64,000 nt of DNA from Sulfurimonadaceae bacterium (GTDB lineage Bacteria > Campylobacterota > Campylobacteria > Campylobacterales > Sulfurimonadaceae). The stretch covers positions 1 to 64,000 of the forward strand of contig JBFFUI010000002.1 of assembly GCA_041571435.1 (NCBI GenBank), read 5' to 3'. The first letter of the stretch is position 1, and every line of letters begins with the position of its first letter. Both the position numbers and the translations under genes were made by a program. Under the pieces are notes generated by a model, which worked only from the letters and a program-made list of their open reading frames with translations, had not been told where the DNA came from and searched no databases. This document shows positions 20,001 through 30,212 of the stretch, one piece after another.

Positions 20001-20675
20001 TCAGGCCCAAGTTATGTCATGTTTTACGACTCTGGGCGGATTGCCCGCAATGATAGCTTTCGTCGCATCAATCGTTTTGGAGATCGTGGTATTGGCCCCG
20101 ACGATGCAGCCATCGCCGATCCGGCTCCCTTTCAAAATAAAGCTGCGGGCCCCGAGCCAGACACTGTCGCCGACAACCACCTCTCTGTCTTCATTGATGC
20201 ATACCTTGCTGGCGTCATAGATCTTATGGAGGTCCGAGTCCATGATGACACTCTCCCATGCCATCGTCGAATTGTCCCCTATAGTGATCTTTTTATTGCA
20301 GATGATCGTGCCGTCGCCCGAGATCAAAAAGTTCTCTCCTAGCTCCAATGCACCGCTTACCATCACTCTGGACCCCATGCCTATCTTGCATTTTCCCCGG
20401 AAGGTGATCTCCCCTTCGAGCGACAACAGGGTTCTGTGATAGCGGTAATCGATCGACTCGATATTGCCGAACCCGATCCGCACTATCCCGGTTTTCACCT
20501 TTGCCAGATGCACCTTGCCCGAGAGGGTCTGCAGTTTTGTCTTTCGCGAGACGATGATCGGCAGTCGGACCGCCTGCGACAGAGGCAGTACCCTGACGTT
20601 GACGTAGACACTTTTCGGCAGTCCTGTAAAATACCGGACCAGATTGACTATCTTTCCCATTTTCAGTGCCATCAC
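20001..20675 (-). CDS. Left-handed beta-helix acyltransferase
   Basis: IMDSDLH, VGDSVWLG, IGDGCIVGA, AGNPPR. Confidence 0.85.
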   Translation of the reverse strand: MMALKMGKIVNLVRYFTGLPKSVYVNVRVLPLSQAVRLPIIVSRKTKLQTLSGKVHLAKVKTGIVRIGFGNIESIDYRYHRTLLSLEGEITFRGKCKIGMGSRVMVSGALELGENFLISGDGTIICNKKITIGDNSTMAWESVIMDSDLHKIYDASKVCINEDREVVVGDSVWLGARSFILKGSRIGDGCIVGANTTISKTIDATKAIIAGNPPRVVKHDITWA

Positions 20676-20762
20676 GACTCCTTGCGCCTTATATAAAGGC
20701 TATTGTACAGGTTTTCCTCTTAACTTTTTTTCCGATCCGCCGCAGACATGCTCCCCAAACTT

Positions 20763-20771
20763 TGCTATAAT
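20763..20771 (+). promoter_or_regulatory. Extended -10 promoter
   Basis: TGCTATAAT about 30 nt upstream of the GT9 ATG at 20800. Confidence 0.6.
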
Positions 20772-20799
20772 ATCTTTCGACTAAACATTAACGAGACCT

Positions 20800-21831
20800 A
20801 TGAAACTATTAGAAAATATAAAATCTGTTTTGATTGTACGCTGCGGGGCTTTAGGCGACTTGGTCTACTCCGCCTCCGTCATGGATGCCCTCATCAAACA
20901 GTACGGACCGCAGCTGCAGATCGACTGGGTCTGCACACCGGGACCCGGTACACTCTTTACGTACGACAAACGCGTTCGAAACGTCTTCGCTCTCAAGCAC
21001 CGCAAACCGCCCACCTGGCTCAGCCCGCAAAAGCGCAAGATCATTGCCTATTCCAAAAAACATCCTTATGATCTTTTGATCAACCTGGAAACAGGAGAAC
21101 AGTTCGACGCTCTCTGCAAAAAAGTAGTGAGCCGCTACAAGCTCGGTACACCCTTTACGACGCTCTCCAACGACCATCCGAAAGAGAACCGTGCCGTCAC
21201 ACGCAAGCGTGTCTATGCCGATGTCATCTCGCCCTATATTTTGGAAGAGAGTGTCCCCCGGCTGTTTGGCACGCCGTTAGAGATGCTCAAAAAGAAGCTG
21301 GCACTGCCGGAAAGCTACATCGCTGTTGCCCCGACCAACTCGCATATCAAAAAGCAGCGTATCAACTATCGGGCCTGGCCGAACACGCACTGGAGCAGAC
21401 TGATCAACGCGCTTGCAACAGAGTACAACGTCGTTATTTTGGGGGCAAAAGGCGAAGAGGAGATACTCAACGAATTTGAGCTGGCCCCGTCGTCCAATAT
21501 CATCAATTTTATCGGCAAGAACAGCATAACCGATCTGGTCGCGGTGATCGAGCAGGCCCAGTGCCTGGTGACCACGGACACGGCACCGGCGCATATCGCA
21601 GCGGCTGTCAACACCCCGCTCTATATCCTGATGGGACCGAACGACCCGGTTACTGACAGCCCTTACCAGACAAAAGAGAATGAGGTCAATATCCTGCGTA
21701 CCGGCATAGACTGTTCGCCCTGCTACAACACGCCGACAATGTTTGCCTGCAAAGACAATGTCTGTATGCGGGAGATAGACCCGGACGAACTGGTTTCCAC
21801 CATCAAAAAATCCAACCTATTGAAAGCGTAA
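20800..21831 (+). CDS. GT9 heptosyltransferase-family protein
   Basis: LIVRCGALGD, RAWP, DTAPAHIAAA, GPNDP, CSPC..C..C. Confidence 0.88.
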   Translation: MKLLENIKSVLIVRCGALGDLVYSASVMDALIKQYGPQLQIDWVCTPGPGTLFTYDKRVRNVFALKHRKPPTWLSPQKRKIIAYSKKHPYDLLINLETGEQFDALCKKVVSRYKLGTPFTTLSNDHPKENRAVTRKRVYADVISPYILEESVPRLFGTPLEMLKKKLALPESYIAVAPTNSHIKKQRINYRAWPNTHWSRLINALATEYNVVILGAKGEEEILNEFELAPSSNIINFIGKNSITDLVAVIEQAQCLVTTDTAPAHIAAAVNTPLYILMGPNDPVTDSPYQTKENEVNILRTGIDCSPCYNTPTMFACKDNVCMREIDPDELVSTIKKSNLLKA

Positions 21832-21832
21832 T

Positions 21833-22663
21833 ATGCAACAACGACCTACCGTAAGTGTGATAGTAGCCATATACAGCGATCTCAGAGCCCTGGCAATGAT
21901 CATTGAATCGCTTTTGACACAGACCCTGATACCCGATGAGATCATCATTACCGAAGATGCAGAGCATGCCGACATCAAAGTCTATCTCGAACAGCTAAAC
22001 AACGACAAAATCATCCACCTTTCTCAAAAAGATGACGGCTGGCAAAAAGAGCGCGCGCTCAACAACGCCGTCAAGGCCGCCACATCGGACTACCTCATCT
22101 TCATCGACGGCGACTGTGTCCCCTACAGTACTTTTGTAGAGGGGCATGTCGCGCTGAGTCAGGCGAACACGGCCCTTTGCGGGCGGAGAACCGAACCGGG
22201 GGAGAAGTTCAGCCAACAGTTGCGTGAGGGCACCCTCACGCTCAAGACGTTTGAGAGCAGTTACCTGAAAAACTATCCAGCAATGTCAAAAGACGGCATC
22301 CGTCATTATGATGAAGGGCTCTACTTCCCGCCGAATTCGATGATCTTTTCTCTGATCCATAAATTCGGCCGCAAAAACAGCCATATCGTCGGCTGCAACT
22401 GGTCCTGCTTTAAAAAAGACCTGGAGATGATCAACGGTTACGATGAAGACTTCACACTGCCGACGACAGGCGAAGATTCAGACATTGAACGCCGTTTGCG
22501 CCACTTCGGGGTCGAGATGAAATCATGCCGCAACGCCGCTAATGTGATCCACCTCTATCACGAAAAGAACTTCAACGCGGACATCACACAAAAAACAGAA
22601 GCGCTGATGGCAACCAAAAAAGATATCTTTGTCTGCAAAAACGGTCTGCAAAAGCTTCCATAG
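21833..22663 (+). CDS. GT2 glycosyltransferase
   Basis: IFIDGDC, GCNWS, INGYDEDF..GEDSD, HLYH. Confidence 0.88.
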   Translation: MQQRPTVSVIVAIYSDLRALAMIIESLLTQTLIPDEIIITEDAEHADIKVYLEQLNNDKIIHLSQKDDGWQKERALNNAVKAATSDYLIFIDGDCVPYSTFVEGHVALSQANTALCGRRTEPGEKFSQQLREGTLTLKTFESSYLKNYPAMSKDGIRHYDEGLYFPPNSMIFSLIHKFGRKNSHIVGCNWSCFKKDLEMINGYDEDFTLPTTGEDSDIERRLRHFGVEMKSCRNAANVIHLYHEKNFNADITQKTEALMATKKDIFVCKNGLQKLP

Positions 22664-22720
22664 GCATCGCTGGCCGGAACACGTTTTTAATGAGAGAGAT
22701 GCTACAATGAGCAATAAAAA

Positions 22721-23971
22721 ATGAGCCTTACTATGCCCCTATCCATCAAATCACTCTCTTTTGAAAAAAGTTATCTCTATTTGGCGATCGTTTTTGCTTT
22801 CGTACTACCTATTTCCAGAGCTGCCGTCAGTCTCTTTATCATCTTGTTCCCCCTGGTCTGGCTGATCGAAGGGAACTACAGACATAAGCTCGAACAGCTT
22901 AGATCGTCAAAAGCCCTGCTGGTTATTGCCCTCTTTATCCTCTTTCAGTTCATCACGATCGCATGGTCAACAGACACCCACCTGGCATTGGAATCGGCAC
23001 GCATGTACACCTACTGGTTCGCCATATTTGTCTTGGCAACCAGTATCAAAAATGAGTGGATCGACAAGATCATCACCGCCTTTTTATACGGAATGGTCAT
23101 CAGTGAGATCTTTGCCTACCTGATCTTTTTCGATATCTATGCGATCAAGGGGCAGCCGCCAAGCTATCCGAGCCCTTTTATGATGCATATCGACTACAGC
23201 GTCTTTTTGGCCTTTACCTCTATCTTGCTGCTCAACCGTATCTTCTCCAAACGCTATAGCGTGAATGAGAAGATCGTGATGTTTATCTTCTTTGCGACAG
23301 TGACGACCAACCTCTTTATCTCCACCGGACGTTCCGGACAGCTCGCCTTTTTGGTTGCGCTGATGGTGAGTGTCATCATCCATTTCCGCTTTTCCGTCAA
23401 ATCAATACTTGTTTTCGGCATCGTCAGTTCGACACTGCTTATAGGTGCCTATAAGACACTGCCTCTCTTTGAGAAACGAATCAATGCCGCCAAGTCGGAT
23501 ATTCAAAAGTTCCAGGAGGGCAACTACGCCTCTTCATGGGGCCTGCGCGCTGCGTTCTGGATCCTGACCTATGACATTGTTAAAGAAGAGCCCTTGCTCG
23601 GTGTGGGAATAGGCGACTACAAACTGGCGGCACAGGAGGCCCTGGCAAAAAACGACCATGGTTTCAGTGAGAAGGTCATCTTCTGGTGCAGCGGAAGTCA
23701 TTACCATAACCAGTACCTGATGATAGTGGTACAGAGCGGTCTGATCGGCTTTACGCTTTTGGTTGCGATGTTTGTCTATCTCTACCGGCTCAAGATCGAT
23801 GACCCCGATATCAAGGAGCTCTCTATTTTGTTTCTTACGATCTATCTTGTCGCATTTTTTGCCGAGCCGTTATGGGTCAAACAGTTTCCGACAGCGCTGT
23901 TTGTGATGATGGCCGGTTTGAGCATCGCTGCCTCGATGAAGACGGAAGCTTCAGCAGCGGATTCCAAATAG
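22721..23971 (+). CDS. waaL: O-antigen ligase family (WaaL)
   Basis: Multi-TM; GRSGQL, SWGLR, PLLGVGIG, HYHNQYL periplasmic-loop motifs. Confidence 0.85.
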   Translation: MSLTMPLSIKSLSFEKSYLYLAIVFAFVLPISRAAVSLFIILFPLVWLIEGNYRHKLEQLRSSKALLVIALFILFQFITIAWSTDTHLALESARMYTYWFAIFVLATSIKNEWIDKIITAFLYGMVISEIFAYLIFFDIYAIKGQPPSYPSPFMMHIDYSVFLAFTSILLLNRIFSKRYSVNEKIVMFIFFATVTTNLFISTGRSGQLAFLVALMVSVIIHFRFSVKSILVFGIVSSTLLIGAYKTLPLFEKRINAAKSDIQKFQEGNYASSWGLRAAFWILTYDIVKEEPLLGVGIGDYKLAAQEALAKNDHGFSEKVIFWCSGSHYHNQYLMIVVQSGLIGFTLLVAMFVYLYRLKIDDPDIKELSILFLTIYLVAFFAEPLWVKQFPTALFVMMAGLSIAASMKTEASAADSK

Positions 23972-23988
23972 GCCTAGAGAGACTCTCT

Positions 23989-25098
23989 TTAGAGGTCTTC
24001 AAAAAGCCGTTTCAACGTCTCAAACTGCGTCTGAAACGAAAATTTTTCCCTCACCCGCTGCAGCGCCGCTTCGCTCATTGCTTTGGCTTTTTCCCGATCC
24101 TGCAGGGTAACGATCTGCTCGCAGAGTGAACGGCTCTCATCTTTTTCAAACAGCAGACCGCTGACCCCGTGCTCAATGATCTCCAGCGGGCCGCATCGGT
24201 TGGTTGCGATCACCGGCGTTTTGACCGCCATCGCCTCCACGACCACCAGACCGAAGGTTTCGCAAGGCGTCGCCAGTACGATGGCATCACACGCCTGCAT
24301 AAACGCGGCAGGGTTATCCATGAATCCCAGGAAATGGACAGAGGAGCCGACCTGCAGGGCTTCGGCTTTTGCGATCAGGCTCTGCGTATAGCCCTCTTCC
24401 ATCTCATGCCCGACAAAGTATGCCTCAACATCAACGTTGTTTTGACGCAGTAGGGCAACCGCTTCTATGAGCAGATATTGCCCTTTCGCCTCTTCGATGC
24501 GCCCGACCATCCCCAGGTTGAATGCTTTTGTCATGCCGATCTCTGTTTTGAGCTCCCGCAGCGCTTCATCAGAGAGAAGTGCAGGCAGCTTGACACCGGG
24601 ATAGATCATCTCCAACTGCGGTCGAACTGACCCGGGGATAAACGTCTGCAGTTCCTCTTTCACCTGATTGGTCACTGCGATCATCACATCGACATTGCTA
24701 TAGAGCCAACGGTGATAAAAGTCATCTTTAAAACGGGTCATCCGCATGTGCCTGGTCTGAACAATGCGTGGTCTTCTCTTGGAGAGTTTCTTGGCCAAAA
24801 CGACAAAAGGAAGATCTTTTGTCCAGTGCATATGCACGATATCGATCTCATGTTTATCGATCAGTTCAGCCAGTCGGTATGCGGCCTTGAACATAATGAG
24901 ATTGCTCTTCTTCGCAATAACGGCATACCTGTCATCGTTCTCTCTGTAGTACGCTTCAAGCTTGCTGTCGGTGTTGATCACGCTGATGACATTGAACGCA
25001 CCCTTCAACGCTTTAGCCGCATTCACCATATAGAGTTCCAATCCTCCCAGGTCGGGGGAGAGGCAGAGTTCCATAAGATTGATCTTGGTTTTGAGCAT
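23989..25098 (-). CDS. Glycosyltransferase family 4
   Basis: GGLE, VGRIEEAKG, ETFGLVVVEAM. Confidence 0.9.
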   Translation of the reverse strand: MLKTKINLMELCLSPDLGGLELYMVNAAKALKGAFNVISVINTDSKLEAYYRENDDRYAVIAKKSNLIMFKAAYRLAELIDKHEIDIVHMHWTKDLPFVVLAKKLSKRRPRIVQTRHMRMTRFKDDFYHRWLYSNVDVMIAVTNQVKEELQTFIPGSVRPQLEMIYPGVKLPALLSDEALRELKTEIGMTKAFNLGMVGRIEEAKGQYLLIEAVALLRQNNVDVEAYFVGHEMEEGYTQSLIAKAEALQVGSSVHFLGFMDNPAAFMQACDAIVLATPCETFGLVVVEAMAVKTPVIATNRCGPLEIIEHGVSGLLFEKDESRSLCEQIVTLQDREKAKAMSEAALQRVREKFSFQTQFETLKRLFEDL

Positions 25099-25164
25099 TG
25101 TTCCGACCTTGTTGTTGCGACTTCTTGTAACAAGATTTTATCGAATTCTCTGTATGATACGGCT

Positions 25165-25917
25165 ATGACAACAACACGATACACTTTACACGAACAGTTC
25201 CACAACTGTAAAGATCTTCTGCTCAATATCAAAAGCTATTTCAAAAGCTCTGATGAGCTGATCCATGATGCACGCAACAAACTCAAAGTCATCGATTTTG
25301 AGGGGCAGCAGATCGTCGTCAAAGCGTTTCGCGTACCCAACCTGCTCAACCAGCTGGTTTACGGTACCCTGCGCGACTCCAAGGCCAAAAAATCGTTTGA
25401 GCACTCGTTGAAACTGCAGGAGCTGCAGATCACCTGTCCGATGCCGATAGGCTACATCGAATTTCATAACGGGCTCTTTTTAAAAGAGAGTTTTTTTCTC
25501 TCGCAACGCTCGAACTATGACTTTACGATCCGCGAGCCTCTTCTCGATGCCGACTGGCCGGATCATGACAAGATATTCAGACAGTTCGGCGAGTTCACTG
25601 CCGACCTGCATGAAAAGGGTGTCCTGCACAACGACTACTCTCCGGGAAACATCCTCATCACCAAACTTGAGAGCGGCGACTACAAGTTCGATCTGGTCGA
25701 TATCAACCGTATGCGCTTCGGCCCCCTGAGTTATCAGGAGAAGATGAAGAACCTCTCCAAGCTCTGGGCCGACGAAAGCGACATGCGGCTGATCGCGACC
25801 GCCTATGCAGAGAAGATGGGCTATGACGGTGAAAAGACGGCCCGTGACATGATCCATTATGACCGCAGGAACAAAAACATCAAGACCTTTAAACGCCGTT
25901 TGAAAGGGGAAAAATGA
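25165..25917 (+). CDS. LPS core kinase (Kdo/WaaP/InaA family)
   Basis: VVKAF, LHNDYSPGNIL, LVDINRM kinase motifs; real start likely ATG 25165 (MTTTRY), not 24712. Confidence 0.85.
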   Translation: MTTTRYTLHEQFHNCKDLLLNIKSYFKSSDELIHDARNKLKVIDFEGQQIVVKAFRVPNLLNQLVYGTLRDSKAKKSFEHSLKLQELQITCPMPIGYIEFHNGLFLKESFFLSQRSNYDFTIREPLLDADWPDHDKIFRQFGEFTADLHEKGVLHNDYSPGNILITKLESGDYKFDLVDINRMRFGPLSYQEKMKNLSKLWADESDMRLIATAYAEKMGYDGEKTARDMIHYDRRNKNIKTFKRRLKGEK

Positions 25918-26663
25918 ACGCTATCTCTGTGGTACTGATCACCAAAAACGCCGAGATGCATCTCAAGGAGTGTCTGGAGAGTGTCAGCGCTTTCGATGAT
26001 GTCACCATCTACGACAACGGCTCCAGCGACAGCACCCTGGAGATCGCCGGGCAGTTCAAAAATGTCACCCTGCATACCGGCCCTTTTTTGGGGTTTGGAA
26101 AGAGCAAGGCGCATGCCGCCTCTTTGGCAAAACATGACTGGGTCTTTGCCCTTGATGCCGATGAGCCGATGAGCCCCGAACTTGTCTCCGAACTTCTGGC
26201 GATGACCCTCGATGACAATGCCGTCTACCGCGTTCGACGCGACAACTACTATAACGGCCGACATATCAAATGCTGCGGCTGGTACCCCGAACAGATCGTC
26301 AGGCTCTTTAACCGCAGTAAGACCAATTATGATGACGCGATGGTGCATGAACAGGTCGAGGTCAAATCGCTTCAGATCAAGGAGCTTATACATCCCATCA
26401 GACACTTCTCATTCCACTCTGTTGCCGACTTTCTGGAGAAGATCCAGAAATACTCCGAGATCTACGCTGAAACACACAAAGGCAAAAAACGTGCCTCTGT
26501 CGCTAAAGCGATCTTTCGCGGCAAATCGATGTTTCTCAAAAGCTATATTCTCAAAGGGGGATGGCGATGCGGATTTGAAGGTTTTGTCATCTCGTTTTTT
26601 GCAGGGCTCGGAACGACCGTCAAGTACCTTAAGCTGAGAGAAAAGAACCTCTACGACACTTAG
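25914..26663 (+). CDS. GT2 beta-glucosyltransferase-like (LgtF/WaaE/KdtX family)
   Basis: ISVVLITKNAE, DNGSSDST, ALDADE, VHEQV, HFSFHS. Confidence 0.85.
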   Translation: MNAISVVLITKNAEMHLKECLESVSAFDDVTIYDNGSSDSTLEIAGQFKNVTLHTGPFLGFGKSKAHAASLAKHDWVFALDADEPMSPELVSELLAMTLDDNAVYRVRRDNYYNGRHIKCCGWYPEQIVRLFNRSKTNYDDAMVHEQVEVKSLQIKELIHPIRHFSFHSVADFLEKIQKYSEIYAETHKGKKRASVAKAIFRGKSMFLKSYILKGGWRCGFEGFVISFFAGLGTTVKYLKLREKNLYDT

Positions 26664-27634
26664 GCGATCAGCGCTTTCAGATCGCTCTTCACTGCTGCAA
26701 ACAGCTCCGCACGCTCTGCTGTATCGACCGGCAGCATATAGGGGTGCTGTTTCTGCTCATCATTGATCCCCTTCCACCGTTTGACCGATGCAAAAAGAGA
26801 GTCCCCGAAAAAGGTCATCGTCGCGGTATTGACCAGGGCTGCCAGGTGGTACGTTCCGGTGGATGTGCTCACAAACAGCTTAAACGAGGCGAGCAGTTTG
26901 GTAAAGGCGACGATCCCCTCTTGCGATCTGTAGAAGATCACATCCAGGCCATCGCACAAGACGATGCTCTCTTCATACAGTGCATCTTCCCCCGGTCCAA
27001 AGGTCATAACGGCCTGCACATCCGGATCGTCGGAAGCGATCTTTACCAGTTCGACATATTCCGGCAAGGTCCAGTTGGCATCTGACGAGCCGCCGAAGCC
27101 CGGGTGAAAGGCGACTACCGGTCTTGCGATGGCATGACGGCTGCAAAAATGCCGATAGGCACTCTCTAACTCCTCCTTGGAGAATGGACAGAGCGGTCTG
27201 GGAAAACTCAGGTCGATATCGCTGAACAGTGCTTTGGCAAGCTGCAGGTTATACTCGAACTCTGCCATCTCGACACGGGAACGGCGCTGTTTGATACGCC
27301 GGTTGTAAAAGAGCTGTGCCAGTTTTGTCGCCGGTGCAATGCGCGTGCCGATACCGGCCAGAAACTGTGCCAGTGCAACTCTCGTGTTTGAAAAAAGGGT
27401 AATGGAAGCATCAATTTCTGCGTGACGCAGCAGCGAGACAAGCGACCAGAGTGATCTGCCCTCATCTACGATCACCTCATCGATAAACGGACAGGCCAGT
27501 GCCAACTCTCTGTTCAGAGGAGCAACACAGGCAATAACCCTGTCGTCGGGGTTATGCTGCTTGAGCACATAGAGTGTCGGAAGTGCTGTGACAAAGTCAC
27601 CGAGCTTATCCGTACGAACGACCAAGATATTCAT
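26660..27634 (-). CDS. GT9 heptosyltransferase-family protein
   Basis: ILVVRTDKLGDF, HPGFGGS, STGTYHLAA. Confidence 0.87.
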   Translation of the reverse strand: MNILVVRTDKLGDFVTALPTLYVLKQHNPDDRVIACVAPLNRELALACPFIDEVIVDEGRSLWSLVSLLRHAEIDASITLFSNTRVALAQFLAGIGTRIAPATKLAQLFYNRRIKQRRSRVEMAEFEYNLQLAKALFSDIDLSFPRPLCPFSKEELESAYRHFCSRHAIARPVVAFHPGFGGSSDANWTLPEYVELVKIASDDPDVQAVMTFGPGEDALYEESIVLCDGLDVIFYRSQEGIVAFTKLLASFKLFVSTSTGTYHLAALVNTATMTFFGDSLFASVKRWKGINDEQKQHPYMLPVDTAERAELFAAVKSDLKALIA

Positions 27635-27861
27635 GATGCAATGCCCTTCTTTAACTATTTATACACACTAAAAGTGCTGTAATTCTAACCAAATATTTGT
27701 TACAGCCCCATTCATCGATGAACAGCGTATAAACGGTCAAATTAGAGTATAATTTTTATATTATCATTGTGCTTTATGACTTGACCCGGGTGCCGAAACC
27801 CAGAGAGTAGAGGGGCAATACCGCTATAATATAAAAACAGAGCTATTTTCAAAGGAAATCA

Positions 27862-28884
27862 ATGAAATTAGAGTTTAGAAGAGGGAGTGCCTTCGCTTCT
27901 AAAAAAACCAAAACACTCCTGCAGCATGTTCAGCCCGAGGATATTACAAAAATAGCCGTTATTAGGCATGCGGCTATCGGTGACTTTATGGTCATGCGCC
28001 CTTTTCTCATCGAACTTAAAAAGTTTTTTCCCAATGCACAGATTACGCTGAGTGTAAACCGGACGGCCATGTACGGTCTGCCGGAGGATCTGATCGACGA
28101 GATCCACATTATGGACAAAGATGATCCTCAAGACAGATCGAAGAAGACCGGTCTCTTCTACCGTATCAGACAGGCAAAGACGCTGCCGCCGCAAGATATC
28201 ATCTTTGACCTCACCGACAGTACGCTCACCCTGCTGTTGACCATCTTTTCAACCGCAAAACTGAAAGTCGGTTTTCCCTATAGGGCGATGCGACGATTTT
28301 TTTATGACATCGCTACACTGCGGAGCGATTTTGTGCTGGAAGCTGAGTCTATCCTGCACATGCTCAACATCTTCGGTTCAAAAGCCGGCAGACCCCTGGA
28401 CTACGGCTATGCAGAGCGCTATCCGAAAAACATCAAAAACCGTATTGTCTATTTTGCGGGGGCGTCAATGGACGATAAATGCTGGGAAAAGGAGAAGTTC
28501 GCGGCACTTATCGACAAAATGGCCGGCACATACCCGGACGTCGAACATGTCATCCTTCAGGGCATCAAAGAGAACGAAAAGTTTCTGGAGATCTACCAAC
28601 CCGTTGAGCAGTATGAAAATGTAGCGCTCCAGGAGACGATGGAACTTGACAGTGCCATGCAGTATCTGGCCGACAGCCGATGTGTCGTTGCCAATGACAC
28701 GGGCATCCGGAATATGGCGATAGCAGTTGAGACACCGACGGTGGGTATCTTCTTTGCGACCGGTCCGTTCAGATATTGGCCGAGAGACGGCAAACATGAC
28801 TGCGTCTTCAATGGCGATTACAGAAGTCCGGAAATCGATGATGTCTACCGGTCCCTGTCAGACCTTATCGAGCGTGATGCTTAA
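27862..28884 (+). CDS. GT9 heptosyltransferase-family protein
   Basis: VIRHAAIGDF, GAS..KCW, NDTGIRNMA, PTVGIF. Confidence 0.85.
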   Translation: MKLEFRRGSAFASKKTKTLLQHVQPEDITKIAVIRHAAIGDFMVMRPFLIELKKFFPNAQITLSVNRTAMYGLPEDLIDEIHIMDKDDPQDRSKKTGLFYRIRQAKTLPPQDIIFDLTDSTLTLLLTIFSTAKLKVGFPYRAMRRFFYDIATLRSDFVLEAESILHMLNIFGSKAGRPLDYGYAERYPKNIKNRIVYFAGASMDDKCWEKEKFAALIDKMAGTYPDVEHVILQGIKENEKFLEIYQPVEQYENVALQETMELDSAMQYLADSRCVVANDTGIRNMAIAVETPTVGIFFATGPFRYWPRDGKHDCVFNGDYRSPEIDDVYRSLSDLIERDA

Positions 28885-28901
28885 AAAAGTATCTTCTTTT
28901 T

Positions 28902-30212
28902 TCACTCTTGACAGAAACGCTCGTCCTTGACGATCGTATAGCTCTCAAGCAGCTCCCCGTTTCGGCGCACGAACTCTACTAACATCCTCTTCTTTTCAAC
29001 CGTTATCAGAAGTGACCCGTCTGTAAAGTAACTAAACGGCATCATCGGATGCTTGACGTTGAACGGGTTCTTACCGGTCTGGTTCGCCGAAGAGGAGCCC
29101 GCAACGTTATAGATGGTCCCGCCGTATGGCCGTTTCTCACGGCACTTCTCGTAATCATGCAGATCGTCTTGAACAATATGTTCTGCTGCATCGAAGGTGT
29201 CACTGTAACCGTAATGTTTGTGTGAAAGCAGTGAACGTTCATAGCCATGGGAATGGCCGGCTAGTACCAGGTCGACATCGTATTTTTCGATGATTGGCAG
29301 GATATTTTCACGCATCTCCACCATACGTCCGCGGCTGTCATACAGACTGTCCGAGTCATGGCTCCCTTTGGTGTACGGCGGGTGGTGCATGGCAACGATC
29401 GTCCAGAGCTTTGTACTGGCGGCAAGATCTTTTTCAAGCCATTGGGCCATCTTGACATCGGCGCTGCGGTCTTCTGTCTGTGAATCCAGCATCACAAAAT
29501 GGACATTGCCGTTCTCAAACGAATAATACTTTTCGCTTCCCGAAGCCGTACCGCCCGCTTCGCCTTTTACAGGCATCTCAAAGATGTCATAATAGGCCCA
29601 TCTGCGTGCATCGTGGTTGCCGATGATCGACCACAGTGCATTGTGCTTCAGCGTATCGGGATAGGCGTTGAAAAGCCCCGTATTGTACTGCTCCTGTGTT
29701 CCGCTGCGGTAGGCGTTGTCCCCCAGCATCAACCAGGTATCGACCTTCCGGCTGCCGAGATAGCGCTTCATCGCCTTGCGCACCTCCTGCTGCCCCTCGT
29801 TATAGTTGCCCGAATCACCCAAGACCCAGATACGCTGCTGCATCGTTTCATCATCGTTCAAAGTCGTAAAGTAGCGGTCGCTGTTGTCGATCGTAAGCGA
29901 TGTTGCCTCAACCGCATAGCGGTAGGTTGTCGCTTTTTTCAGACCTGTCAGCTCGACTCGATGATACCTGTCGGCTTCCTCGTCACACTTTTTTTGCACA
30001 AGGTCATCTTCGCCGTAGCGGACGCACCCTATCTCTTTTTTCGGCGTCTGCCACTTCACAACCACGCTATTTTGGGTCTGCTTCTGAAGATAGGGCTGCC
30101 TGTCCACATATTGATAACTGTCGTAAAGCACGACACTCAGGCGGCCCACTCCGTATAGAGCGGCAATAACAACCAGGGTAAGGAGCATGTATTTTAGAAT
30201 TTTTTTGATCAT
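28902..30212 (-). CDS. Membrane-anchored purple acid phosphatase-like metallophosphoesterase (FN3-like N-domain)
   Basis: All five metallophosphoesterase motifs: GDSG, GDNAY, GNHD, HHPPY, GHSH; N-terminal hydrophobic anchor. Confidence 0.88.
   Translation of the reverse strand: MIKKILKYMLLTLVVIAALYGVGRLSVVLYDSYQYVDRQPYLQKQTQNSVVVKWQTPKKEIGCVRYGEDDLVQKKCDEEADRYHRVELTGLKKATTYRYAVEATSLTIDNSDRYFTTLNDDETMQQRIWVLGDSGNYNEGQQEVRKAMKRYLGSRKVDTWLMLGDNAYRSGTQEQYNTGLFNAYPDTLKHNALWSIIGNHDARRWAYYDIFEMPVKGEAGGTASGSEKYYSFENGNVHFVMLDSQTEDRSADVKMAQWLEKDLAASTKLWTIVAMHHPPYTKGSHDSDSLYDSRGRMVEMRENILPIIEKYDVDLVLAGHSHGYERSLLSHKHYGYSDTFDAAEHIVQDDLHDYEKCREKRPYGGTIYNVAGSSSANQTGKNPFNVKHPMMPFSYFTDGSLLITVEKKRMLVEFVRRNGELLESYTIVKDERFCQE

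Noticed and set aside
24712-25164. 151-aa N-terminal extension of the LPS kinase in the ORF track
   Set aside because: Overlaps the opposite-strand GT4; the kinase plausibly starts at ATG 25165 right after a -10 box
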